Shown piece by piece: positions 27,456-37,828 of a stretch of 64,000 bases of DNA. The notes under the pieces were generated by a model. The model worked only from the letters and a program-made list of their open reading frames with translations, did not search any database and was not told the origin of the DNA. Within the stretch, counting starts at the first letter, position 1; each line of letters starts with the position of its first letter. Position numbers and translations under genes: made by a program. Source of the DNA: Chloroflexota bacterium (GTDB taxonomy: Bacteria; Chloroflexota; Chloroflexia; QHBQ01); contig JAYUUN010000048.1 in NCBI GenBank assembly GCA_043754535.1, positions 1-64,000 of the forward strand. Direction: 5' to 3'.

Positions 27456-28336
27456 TGATTGATTACCTGGTGGTCGGTCACATCTGCAAGGATTTGCAGC
27501 CAGACGGCAGCTACACCCTCGGCGGCAGCGTCCTCTACTCGGCCCTGACTGCCCGCGCCCTCGGCTACCAGGTGGGGCTGTTCACCCGTGCCGCCAGCGA
27601 CCCCGCCTTTGACGCACTGCTCCATCAGAGCCTACCAGGGATCGAGGTCTTCCGCCAACCAGCCTTCGCCACCACTACCTTCGAGAACATCTACGATGGG
27701 GGCAGCCGTCAACAGTACCTGCGCGCCTACGCCTTCCCGCTCAACCTGAAGCTGCTGCCACCATCATGGGCGCAGGCAAAGGTGCTACACCTCGCCCCTG
27801 TTGCGCGGGAGATAGATGAGGGCGAGGCGGCCCACCTGCTGCAAGCACGCCGGGGCAGTGGGGCGATTAGTGGCCTCACCCCTCAGGGTTGGCTGCGCGA
27901 GTGGCGCGACGATGGTGGCAAGGTCTTCTTCCACCGCTGGCCGGAGGCGAAGGAGCTACTACCCCTCAGCGACGCGCTAATCTTTAGCGAAGAAGATGTA
28001 GCCGCTGCCCCAGAATTGACCGCCGAGTACAGCCGCCTCGCACCGTTGACTGCGGTGACCGAAGGGGCGCGGGGGGCGACGATCTACCAGGCAGGCAGGC
28101 GGATCGTGCAGCAGTCTGCTTTCGCCACCACCCAGGTTGACCCCACTGGGGCGGGTGACGTGTTCGCGGCTAGCTTCCTGCTTACTCTGCAAGCGAGTGG
28201 TGACCCACGGCGGGCTGCGACTGTTGGCTGCGCCGCTGCCAGCTTCGCTGTTGAGCAACCAGGATTGCGTGGAGTACCAACCGCCACGATGGTGCGAGAG
28301 CGGTTGGCAGCACACGGCTATGCTGACTATCTCTAA
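27452..28336 (+). CDS. PfkB-family carbohydrate kinase
   Basis: LGGSV, VTEGARGA, DPTGAGDVF. Confidence 0.9.
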   Translation: MMIDYLVVGHICKDLQPDGSYTLGGSVLYSALTARALGYQVGLFTRAASDPAFDALLHQSLPGIEVFRQPAFATTTFENIYDGGSRQQYLRAYAFPLNLKLLPPSWAQAKVLHLAPVAREIDEGEAAHLLQARRGSGAISGLTPQGWLREWRDDGGKVFFHRWPEAKELLPLSDALIFSEEDVAAAPELTAEYSRLAPLTAVTEGARGATIYQAGRRIVQQSAFATTQVDPTGAGDVFAASFLLTLQASGDPRRAATVGCAAASFAVEQPGLRGVPTATMVRERLAAHGYADYL

Positions 28337-28353
28337 ACTGGGCGGGGTATGTG

Positions 28354-29697
28354 ATGTACAACGACACCATTGTAGCAATAGCAACCCCTGCGGGTGAGGG
28401 GGGGATCGGCATCGTGCGGATCAGCGGGCCGCAGGCACGGGCGATTGCCGAACGGCTCTGTGGCAAGCCGCTGCTGGATCACCAGCTTAGCTACGCTCGC
28501 CTGCACTCCGAAGGGGCAGTGCTGGATGAGGTGATGGTTGCACTGATGCTAGCTCCGCGCAGCTACACCCGCGAGGATGTAGTAGAGATCAGCGGGCATG
28601 GTGGGGCTGCCAACCTTGCGCGCATCCTCGGTGCTGTGCTGGCGGCGGGTGTTCGCCAAGCGGGGCCAGGCGAGTTCACCCTGCGCGCCTTCCTCAATGG
28701 GCGGCTCGATCTAGCCCAGGCCGAGGCGGTGCTAGACATCATCACCGCCCAGACCCGGCCCGCCCTTGATGCTGCTCAGGCTCAACTTGGTGGTCGCTTG
28801 AGCGACGAACTGGCGGTAGCACGAGCGGCATTGCTAACGGCACTGGCGCACATCGAAGCCAGCCTCGACTTCCCAGAGGATGAGGTGCCAACCCCTGACG
28901 TGCGCCTGGAGCTTGAGCAGGCAGCGGCGGCCTTGACCCGCCTGCTGGACACGGCGCGGGCTGGCATCCTCTACCGCCAGGGTCTGCGTGTCGCCATCGT
29001 CGGCAAGCCGAACGTGGGCAAGTCCAGTCTGCTCAACGCCCTCCTTGGTGTGGAGCGAGCCATCGTCACCCCCATTGCTGGGACGACCCGCGACACGGTG
29101 GAGGAGGGGGCTAGTATGGCGGGCATCCCTCTGCTGCTGATCGACACGGCAGGCATTCGGGCTGAAGCGGGTGATGCTGTGGAGCAGATTGGCATTGAGC
29201 GTAGCAGGCAGGCAATCCAGCGGGCCGACTTTGTGATACTGGTGCTGGACGACAGTGCGCCGTTGGACGAGGCAGATCGGGCGGTGATTGCGGTGGTGCA
29301 AGAGGTGGGCGACCGGCTGCTGGTTGCCCTCAACAAAGCCGATTTGCCACCGCTGCTGGGGACTGCCTCCCTACGTACGCTCTTGCCCAATGCTACCCTC
29401 GTTCCTACTAGCGCATTGCAAGGACAGACCGCCGCCCTGGAGCAGGCGATCACCCAACTGGCCCTCGGTGGCTTGCAGCCGCAGGCGGGCCAGCCGCTCG
29501 TGACCAGCACCCGCCACCAAGAGGCGATCAACAGGGCGGCAGGCCATGTGCAGGCCGCCCGCGAGAGCGACGCACCACCAGACCTGCTGGCGGTCGAAAT
29601 CCGCGCAGCCCTGGCCGCTATCGGGGAAGTGACTGGCGAGACGATTGGCGAAGACCTGCTAGATCAGATATTTAGCCGCTTCTGTATCGGGAAGTGA
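28354..29697 (+). CDS. mnmE: tRNA modification GTPase MnmE
   Basis: DTIVAIATP, GKPNVGKSS, GTTRD, DTAG, NKAD, FSRFCIGK. Confidence 0.98.
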   Translation: MYNDTIVAIATPAGEGGIGIVRISGPQARAIAERLCGKPLLDHQLSYARLHSEGAVLDEVMVALMLAPRSYTREDVVEISGHGGAANLARILGAVLAAGVRQAGPGEFTLRAFLNGRLDLAQAEAVLDIITAQTRPALDAAQAQLGGRLSDELAVARAALLTALAHIEASLDFPEDEVPTPDVRLELEQAAAALTRLLDTARAGILYRQGLRVAIVGKPNVGKSSLLNALLGVERAIVTPIAGTTRDTVEEGASMAGIPLLLIDTAGIRAEAGDAVEQIGIERSRQAIQRADFVILVLDDSAPLDEADRAVIAVVQEVGDRLLVALNKADLPPLLGTASLRTLLPNATLVPTSALQGQTAALEQAITQLALGGLQPQAGQPLVTSTRHQEAINRAAGHVQAARESDAPPDLLAVEIRAALAAIGEVTGETIGEDLLDQIFSRFCIGK

Positions 29698-29793
29698 CCA
29701 GTTGTGGCAAACAGAGTGTCAGCAGAAGTAGTTGATGGCATAGTAGATGCTTTTATGGGCAGCAGCTACATGGCGATGAGGAGGAGTAAGAAG

Positions 29794-30906
29794 TTGGCTA
29801 GCAAGCAGATGAAGAAAGTATTGATCACTGGCGGTGCAGGCTTCGTCGGCAGTAACCTGACCGCCTCGTTGCTGGCAGAGGGGGTGGCCGTCACCGTTTA
29901 CGACAACCTCAGCCGGGTGGGGGCGGAGCGTAACCTCGCCTGGCTGCAAGAGCAGGGCAGAGGGCTGCGCTACATCGCAGGCGACGTGCGCGACAGTAGC
30001 CTGCTCAACCACACCTTGCGGCAAGGGCAGTTCGATACCGTCTTCCACCTGGCAGCACAGGTGGCAGTTACCACCTCGGTGGCTGATCCACGCAGCGACT
30101 TTGAGGTGAACGCCCTCGGCACCTTCAACCTGCTCGAAGCGGTACGCAACAGCGGCTACAACGGCCACGGCGCGCCAGCTCTGTTCCTGACCAGCACCAA
30201 CAAGGTCTATGGCGGCCTCGAACACCTCGGCGTACAGTTGCAGGGCGACCGCTATGCCTATGCCGACCGCGAGGGGGTAGACGAGGGCTGCCCGCTCGAC
30301 TTCCACTCCCCCTACGGCTGCTCGAAGGGGGCAGCCGACCAGTATGTGCGCGACTACGCCCGTATCTACGGCATCCCCAGCGTAGTATTCCGTATGTCGT
30401 GCATCTACGGTCCCCACCAGTTTGGCAATGAGGATCAGGGCTGGGTAGCCCACTTCCTGATCGCCGCAGTCAAGGATCAGCCGCTCACCATCTATGGCGA
30501 CGGCAAGCAGGTGCGCGACATCCTCTTTGTCGAAGACCTGCTACGCGCCTTCAAGCTGGCTCGCCGCCAGATCGCGACCACTAGAGGGCAAGTCTACAAC
30601 ATCGGCGGTGGCCCCCAAAACACGCTAGCAATATGGCAAGAGTTCAGCGGGCTGATCAAGCTGCTGCACGGCAAGATACCACCCGTCAGCTTCAGGGCAT
30701 GGCGACCTGGTGACCAGCCGATCTACGTTAGCGACACGCGCAAGGCCCACGCCGATTTCGGTTGGCAGCCAGCGGTTGGCGTGCAAGAGGGCATCCGCCG
30801 CCTCTATGAGTGGATACGGGCCAACCCCGCCCTGTTCGAGCGCAGCCCGCAACTCTCTGGCTTCAGCCCAGCAACACCAGCCGACTTCACCGGCGGCGTG
30901 CAGTAA
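29794..30906 (+). CDS. NAD-dependent epimerase/dehydratase (CDP-paratose 2-epimerase-like)
   Basis: ITGGAGFVG, AQVAVTTS, STNKVYG, YGCSK, RMSCIYG, EDQGWVAHF; start TTG 29794 or ATG 29809. Confidence 0.85.
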   Translation: MASKQMKKVLITGGAGFVGSNLTASLLAEGVAVTVYDNLSRVGAERNLAWLQEQGRGLRYIAGDVRDSSLLNHTLRQGQFDTVFHLAAQVAVTTSVADPRSDFEVNALGTFNLLEAVRNSGYNGHGAPALFLTSTNKVYGGLEHLGVQLQGDRYAYADREGVDEGCPLDFHSPYGCSKGAADQYVRDYARIYGIPSVVFRMSCIYGPHQFGNEDQGWVAHFLIAAVKDQPLTIYGDGKQVRDILFVEDLLRAFKLARRQIATTRGQVYNIGGGPQNTLAIWQEFSGLIKLLHGKIPPVSFRAWRPGDQPIYVSDTRKAHADFGWQPAVGVQEGIRRLYEWIRANPALFERSPQLSGFSPATPADFTGGVQ

Positions 30907-30909
30907 AGC

Positions 30910-31932
30910 TCAAGGTACAGGCTTGCCCGCCTGACAGAGGACGACGCGATTGGCGGCAGCCGTATGGTACTCGTACTGCTGGTCGTTGTAGGCAAGAACG
31001 ACGAGGTAGCCAGGGGTGATCACGTCGGCATAGCTAGTATTGGGTGCAGGGCAACCAAGGCTGCTGTCGCTCCACTGCTTGACGCTGACGCTGACTAGCT
31101 GTACTGCGGCGGCTTCACCTTGCACCCGACGGGCGAGGTCGTTGCTAGCTGCCTGCACTGCCTGTGCCTGCTCCAGGCTGCTGCTGCTGCCACAGGTGAC
31201 GACAGTGCCACCCACATTGGCGTGGTACTCAGTCTGCTGCCCGTTGGCGGCAAGGATGATCGTGTAGCCAGGGACGATCACCTGCATATACATCTTGCCC
31301 TTCTCCTCACAACCCAGCGCACTGTTACGCCATTTCGTCTCCTTCACACTGACCACGTTGATCGACTCTGCGCCCACGCCAGCCCTTGCCGCGAGATCAG
31401 CCTTCGCGTTGGCGACGGCGAGATTAGCCTCGGCAGGCCAGTTGCCGCCGCTGCTGGGGGAATTAGTTGCTTGCACTGGTACCTCCGTAGGTTTGGGTGT
31501 GCTGGTCGGGCGGCTCGGTGTGACAGTTGGCTGCCCTGTAGTAGCAGTTGCGGCGGGCCGTCGGGTGGCAGTTGCTGGTGCAGAGACAGTAGTCAGTGGC
31601 TTTGCGGTGGCAGTCGGCGGCTTTGTAGTGGCGGTTGCTGGTGCTGCCATAACAGTCGGTGGCTCACTGGTGACGGTCGGCTGTGCCTCAGCGGTCAGTA
31701 CATCGGGATTAGCCACTGCTACGCTGGTCGCGCTGGGTGGGGCCTCTGTGATGGTCGGCAATGCGGCAGCGACCACCACTGTGCTGGTCGCCAGGGTGAG
31801 GGCTGTCGGGCTGATGGCGACGACGCTGGCCGCCGCTTGACTGGTGGCGGTTGGGGACGGCGACTCGCCACCGCAGGCGGCCAGCAAGGTGACGGTTAGC
31901 ACAACTACAGCAATGCTCTTTAGCTTCTGCAC
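30910..31932 (-). CDS. Lipoprotein with a Thr/Pro linker and two tandem WxxSxLGC..YxxVIxPGY..EYH domains
   Basis: LAAC lipobox; two copies of the Cys-containing domain. Confidence 0.8.
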   Translation of the reverse strand: MQKLKSIAVVVLTVTLLAACGGESPSPTATSQAAASVVAISPTALTLATSTVVVAAALPTITEAPPSATSVAVANPDVLTAEAQPTVTSEPPTVMAAPATATTKPPTATAKPLTTVSAPATATRRPAATATTGQPTVTPSRPTSTPKPTEVPVQATNSPSSGGNWPAEANLAVANAKADLAARAGVGAESINVVSVKETKWRNSALGCEEKGKMYMQVIVPGYTIILAANGQQTEYHANVGGTVVTCGSSSSLEQAQAVQAASNDLARRVQGEAAAVQLVSVSVKQWSDSSLGCPAPNTSYADVITPGYLVVLAYNDQQYEYHTAAANRVVLCQAGKPVP

Positions 31933-31985
31933 AACTAATCTCCTCTAGCTCCACCCACGCCGTACGCGCCGGGTGCTACTAATAG

Positions 31986-32010
31986 AACGAATGGCAGCAC
32001 GATTCGTTCC
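31986..32010 (-). promoter_or_regulatory. ECF-sigma-type promoter (GGAAC-N16-CGTT)
   Basis: Minus strand GGAACgaatcgtgctgccattCGTT upstream of the lipoprotein gene. Confidence 0.5.
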
Positions 32011-32099
32011 ACTAGGGCCGGTTAGCCGTCTTCGCAGGCAACTTCGCCAGCCCATGTGTTACAATAGAAGGAAGCAAATCCAGCAACCCGGAGAAATAA

Positions 32100-33449
32100 A
32101 TGGCAATAAAGGCTACGCTCAAACCGATCCCGCGCATTAAAGACCACCCGCTGCTCGGCAGCTTCCGCGAGTTCAACAGCAACCGACTTGCCCTCTTTCG
32201 GCGGGTCGAACAGGAATGCGGCGAGATTGGCAGCTTTGGCATGGGGCCGTTTCCGGCTACGATGCTCAACAGTAGCGAATTGGTACAGCAGGTGTTGGTC
32301 GATCAAGCCGATGCCTTCAGCAAGAACAGCCCCCAGTACAATGCGATGCGCCCCGTCTCTGGCAACGGCCTGCTCAGCAGCGAGGGTGACTACTGGAAGC
32401 GGCAGCGCAAGCTGATGGCTCCTGCCTTCGTCCCCCGACGGATCGCAGCCTATGCCGAGACGATGGTAGCTTATACTGCGCAAATGCAGGCGGGTTGGCG
32501 GCAGGGTGAGACGGTTGATATCCACAAGGAGATGATCCGCCTGACGATGAGCATCGTTGGCAAGACGCTGTTTGATGCCGAGGTGTTCAGTGAGGCGGAC
32601 GGGTTGGGGGCAGCCTTCCACACCGCCGCCGAGTACATCAACCAGATCGGCTCCAACATCCTCAGTGCGCCGCTGGCCTGGCCGAGCGAGCGCAACCGCC
32701 ATACTCGTGCTGCCCTACACCTGATCAAGAGCCGGGTTGGTGGCATGATCGCCGAACGCCGCAACGCGCCAGAGGAGCATGGCGACCTCCTGGCAATGCT
32801 AATGGCCGCCCGCGACGAGCAGGGGCAGGGCATGACCGAGGAGGGCATCCTGGACGAACTGATCACCCTCTTTCTGGCTGGGCATGAGACGACCGCCAAC
32901 TCCTGGGCCTGGGCCTTCTACCTGCTGGCGAGCAACCCCGCCGCTTACGCAAAGGTGCAGGGCGAAGTCGGCAGCGTGCTAGCTGGAAGGGCCGCCACCG
33001 CCGCTGACCTGCCGCACCTGATCTACACCACACAAGTGCTGAAGGAGTGCCTGCGCCTGTTCCCTGCTGCCTACATCATGACCCGCGTGGCTATTCGCGA
33101 TGTGAACCTGGGCGGCTACCTGATCAAACAACGCTTCCCGGTGATCATCAGCCAGTACGCGATCCAGCGTTCGGCCCGCTACTTCCCCGACCCCGACCAC
33201 TTCGATCCAGATCGTTTCACACCCGCGCACGAAAAGCGGCTGCCGCGCCATGCCTGGATGCCCTTCGGGGCGGGGGCGCACACCTGCATTGGCAGCCACT
33301 TTGCGCTGATGGAAGGGCTGCTGATCCTCGCCACCCTCGCTCAACGCTGCACCCTGCACCTCGTCCCCCAGCAGCGCATCCTGCCTCAGGCCGGGATCGC
33401 CATCTTCCCCAAGTACGGGATCAGGATGTGGGTGGAGAACAGGGTTTGA
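32100..33449 (+). CDS. Cytochrome P450
   Basis: AGHETT, ECLR, FDPDRF, PFGAGAHTCIG. Confidence 0.96.
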   Translation: MAIKATLKPIPRIKDHPLLGSFREFNSNRLALFRRVEQECGEIGSFGMGPFPATMLNSSELVQQVLVDQADAFSKNSPQYNAMRPVSGNGLLSSEGDYWKRQRKLMAPAFVPRRIAAYAETMVAYTAQMQAGWRQGETVDIHKEMIRLTMSIVGKTLFDAEVFSEADGLGAAFHTAAEYINQIGSNILSAPLAWPSERNRHTRAALHLIKSRVGGMIAERRNAPEEHGDLLAMLMAARDEQGQGMTEEGILDELITLFLAGHETTANSWAWAFYLLASNPAAYAKVQGEVGSVLAGRAATAADLPHLIYTTQVLKECLRLFPAAYIMTRVAIRDVNLGGYLIKQRFPVIISQYAIQRSARYFPDPDHFDPDRFTPAHEKRLPRHAWMPFGAGAHTCIGSHFALMEGLLILATLAQRCTLHLVPQQRILPQAGIAIFPKYGIRMWVENRV

Positions 33450-33461
33450 GGCGGGGCCTCG

Positions 33462-34409
33462 CTAGATCGCCAGCAAGCCCGCGCGCAAGTGGCTGAGCAT
33501 GAGAGCTGGCACTCGCTCCTCGATCTGATCAGCGAAGCCAGGGAAGCCGCCCCAGGCAAAGCAAAGTCGCAGGTAGCTGACGAAGGTCAGCCCATACGGT
33601 GTACCGACCAGCAGCCCATCCATGTGCGAGTCAACAACCGTCACGGCGTAGGGTGGGCCACCACTGATCTCCGCTTTGTGGTAAAAGTCAGGGGCGATTA
33701 CGACTGGGCGAACGGTCTTGGGGCCGCCAAACACCTCCTTGTAGGTTTTTAGCTCCCAGCCTGGGTATCGGTCTACCAAAGCCTCTACTGCGCCAGCCCC
33801 AGAAGCTACGACCGCTAGGCCATTCTTGACCAGCACCATCTGCGCGTCACCATGTTCCGCTACCCACTCTGCGCCTTCAGCCTCGGATTCGTACTCGCCA
33901 ATTGCTCCATCTATCGGCTCTACTACCAGTGGGTCACTGCAAACTGCTTCTTTGGGCTTGAAGCTGCGGTCGAGATCGGGGTGCCAATGGTTGGCTGTGC
34001 GCCACCGGATCGACTCTGCGCTCTTGATTATCTTGCTGGGGTAGCCTTCCACCGGCCAGTCGGGATGCGTACCCATCAAGTCAACTGTACCAACAAGCTC
34101 GTAGAAGGTACGCAGTGAGATAGGTAGCGGGCCACCGATCAAGGCTTCAAGCCTTGCGATCTCTGCCTCTACTTCTCCTGTTGGGGGGGCGTAAACCGAC
34201 TCCTCATAGGCGAACCAGTAGCCCTCGTCACGTAGTCTGGCGACCAGGGTCTCTACGTTGGATCGCACCCGCCTCATAGTCTCCCTTGCCACTGCCAGTG
34301 CGTCGGCATACAGCGGCTCCTCGCGCACTGCTGCGCCAATTGCGTCCAACTCAGACCACACCTGCTCACTTTCGCCCGCCAGGTAGCGAGCAAGGTAGGT
34401 CGTCATCAA
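33462..34409 (-). CDS. Hypothetical protein with an SMI1/KNR4-like motif
   Basis: EAEIARLEALIGGPLPISLRTFY; C-terminal TFVSYLRLCFAWGGFPG. Confidence 0.5.
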   Translation of the reverse strand: MMTTYLARYLAGESEQVWSELDAIGAAVREEPLYADALAVARETMRRVRSNVETLVARLRDEGYWFAYEESVYAPPTGEVEAEIARLEALIGGPLPISLRTFYELVGTVDLMGTHPDWPVEGYPSKIIKSAESIRWRTANHWHPDLDRSFKPKEAVCSDPLVVEPIDGAIGEYESEAEGAEWVAEHGDAQMVLVKNGLAVVASGAGAVEALVDRYPGWELKTYKEVFGGPKTVRPVVIAPDFYHKAEISGGPPYAVTVVDSHMDGLLVGTPYGLTFVSYLRLCFAWGGFPGFADQIEERVPALMLSHLRAGLLAI

Positions 34410-34476
34410 CAGCCCTCCAAAAAAGAGTGCGTGTACCGCAAGGGTACACCTACTATGCTACGGCCCACCAGGCTGA

Positions 34477-35817
<1,341 letters not shown>

Positions 35818-35824
35818 GCTCTAC

Positions 35825-36430
35825 CTACCCTAACTCTAGCTCAATGCTCCGCAAGCCGCCCACTTCACTGCTATCGTTCAGCCCGCGCAGGCTGGGCCGC
35901 TGGCGACCACCGCCCGCTGCCGCTCCGTCGCTGCTGGCGACAGTGCTGCTGCCAGTATAATCGTCCTGCCCCAGAGCGTCAACCCTATCATGCTTCTCGA
36001 TGCCACGCACACCAGCATCCAACAGCGAACGACCAGCCAGCAACAGGTGGCGGCGGAAGTTGCGCGCGTGGCGGGCAGTGCTGGCGGGCAGCAGCCAGCG
36101 TTCCAGGTAGCCCAGCAGGTCAGGTAGGCTCTCGCCTCCCTCCTCGTCCGCATCGTCCACCAGGCGGCGGCTACCAAAGCTGAGGTCAACATCCTCATCC
36201 ATCACCGTTGCATCGGCCATCTGCACCTGCGCTTGCACCTGCGTACCGCCGATAAAGACCCCCTCACCAGTTTCCATGTCGATGAACAAGGTATCACCCG
36301 TGTTGGTGTTTTTGATCACCAATGCCTCAACCTGGCTGGCCTCCACTCCGCTACTGTGCTGCACCTGACCACCAACGTTAGACTGCTCATCGTCCGCTTG
36401 TTCCTGCCGCGTCTGCTCGTCATCCGCCAT
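35825..36430 (-). CDS. Acidic hypothetical protein with an amphipathic helix (ArsA-associated)
   Basis: GAGGAGG RBS; LPASTARHARNFRRHLLLAGRSLLDAG segment; lies between the arsA-like and sigma genes. Confidence 0.6.
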   Translation of the reverse strand: MADDEQTRQEQADDEQSNVGGQVQHSSGVEASQVEALVIKNTNTGDTLFIDMETGEGVFIGGTQVQAQVQMADATVMDEDVDLSFGSRRLVDDADEEGGESLPDLLGYLERWLLPASTARHARNFRRHLLLAGRSLLDAGVRGIEKHDRVDALGQDDYTGSSTVASSDGAAAGGGRQRPSLRGLNDSSEVGGLRSIELELG

Positions 36431-36471
36431 CGTCCTGCCTCCTCTAGTGCTAACCCCTGTTGCTGGGGTTC

Positions 36472-37638
36472 TTAGCTGAAGTTGATCAATAGCCTGCCAT
36501 CCTCCAGGCGCGCCCCATGCGGTTTGAGGGCCGTGAGGACGCGAGGCAGGATAATATTCCGTTTGTAGAAGCCAACCTGGATGATCAGTTCGTCGCCCGC
36601 TTGCTTAAGGTCAATATCGCTCTTTTCGGCGAGGGGCAGCGGCAGACTGAGGACGTAGCCCTTGCCCTTCGCCAGCGGCAGCACTGACTGCGCCTGGCCT
36701 GCGAAGAAGACAGCAGCTGGGTCGCGGTCGCCGTAGACTGCCTCGGCCATCCGCCCCAGCATAGTCAGGCCCACTACTTCCTGGTCGAAGAAGGGGGCGG
36801 TGAGGATCGGCAGGGGGCTGAAAGCCTCGTCGATCAGGCCACGATAGCGTTGCTGGCTTTCCTTCCAGGCCGCAAAGTAGGGGTCGTTGACCTCCTGAGG
36901 GATCACCCGGTTGCACACGATCAGGTCGGTGGGGTAGCCGAACAGGTTGAGGTAGGTGTAGGTGCGCTGTGCCTCTTTGACCACCATCTTCTCGGCGTTG
37001 AGGACGATGCGTACTGCGCTCTCCTGTGGGTTGGCGAGGATAGTGCGGATGCGCTCCAGTTGCTCCATCAGGTGCTTGACCGAGTCGAAGATTTCGTCGC
37101 CAGGCATTGGCATATCGGTCATCATTCGCATCACCGGGCGCAACACTTTGGTTGCCCGCTTCTGGATCGGGAATATCTTCTCCAACCACCACTCGGCCAT
37201 CTCTGGGAAGGAGAGCAGGCGCAGAGTTTCGGCGGTCGGCGCGCAATCTACGATCACCACATCAAACTTGCCTGCGTCATGGTGGCTGACGATGCGGAGC
37301 AGGCCCGCTAGTTCTTCGCTGCCAGGGAGGACGGTCATCTCGGCGGCCATCACCTCTTGCATCCCCTGCCAGGCAAAGAGGCGGGCCATATAGCCTTGCA
37401 CCTTCCCCCAGTTGTTGTCTACCTCATGTAGCACATCAACCTCCTGACCCCAAAGGTTGGCAGCGACCTCTACCGGCTCTGGGCCAAGCGGCAGGTCGAG
37501 CGAATCGGAGAGGCTGTGGGCAGTATCGGTGCTAAGGATCACGGTGCGGTAGCCAAGTTGCGAAAGGCGCAAGGCGGTGGCGGCGGCCACGCTAGTCTTA
37601 CCCACCCCACCCTTGCCAGTATAAAGCAGTATCCTCAT
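36472..37638 (-). CDS. ArsA/Get3-family ATPase with a C-terminal HSP20-like domain
   Basis: GKGGVGKT, STDTAHSL, DCAPTAETLRLL; C-terminal DELIIQVG..KRNIILP..ARLEDGRLLINF. Confidence 0.92.
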   Translation of the reverse strand: MRILLYTGKGGVGKTSVAAATALRLSQLGYRTVILSTDTAHSLSDSLDLPLGPEPVEVAANLWGQEVDVLHEVDNNWGKVQGYMARLFAWQGMQEVMAAEMTVLPGSEELAGLLRIVSHHDAGKFDVVIVDCAPTAETLRLLSFPEMAEWWLEKIFPIQKRATKVLRPVMRMMTDMPMPGDEIFDSVKHLMEQLERIRTILANPQESAVRIVLNAEKMVVKEAQRTYTYLNLFGYPTDLIVCNRVIPQEVNDPYFAAWKESQQRYRGLIDEAFSPLPILTAPFFDQEVVGLTMLGRMAEAVYGDRDPAAVFFAGQAQSVLPLAKGKGYVLSLPLPLAEKSDIDLKQAGDELIIQVGFYKRNIILPRVLTALKPHGARLEDGRLLINFS

Positions 37639-37828
37639 CTAAATGACAACTTTCTTTGCAAGCACTGCATATCTGTCAGTGCGCAGTCATTATAGCACAA
37701 GCGGGTTTGGCCTTCAACCAGGGAATTATGGCAGGCTGGCGCACGGTTCTTCTTGTACGTAAGGCGAACGGTTGCAGCCCCGCACAACGATAGGGTCTGT
37801 AGATCGCCGCTTGGGGCAGCAAAGACAG

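Noticed and set aside
34428..34450. REP-like family of GTACC..GGTAC hairpins (34428, 50058, 55872)
   Set aside because: Only three loosely similar hairpins at gene ends; adequately explained as terminators
36472..37638. Arsenic resistance operon
   Set aside because: Single ATPase domain with an HSP20-like tail; no arsB/arsC/arsR
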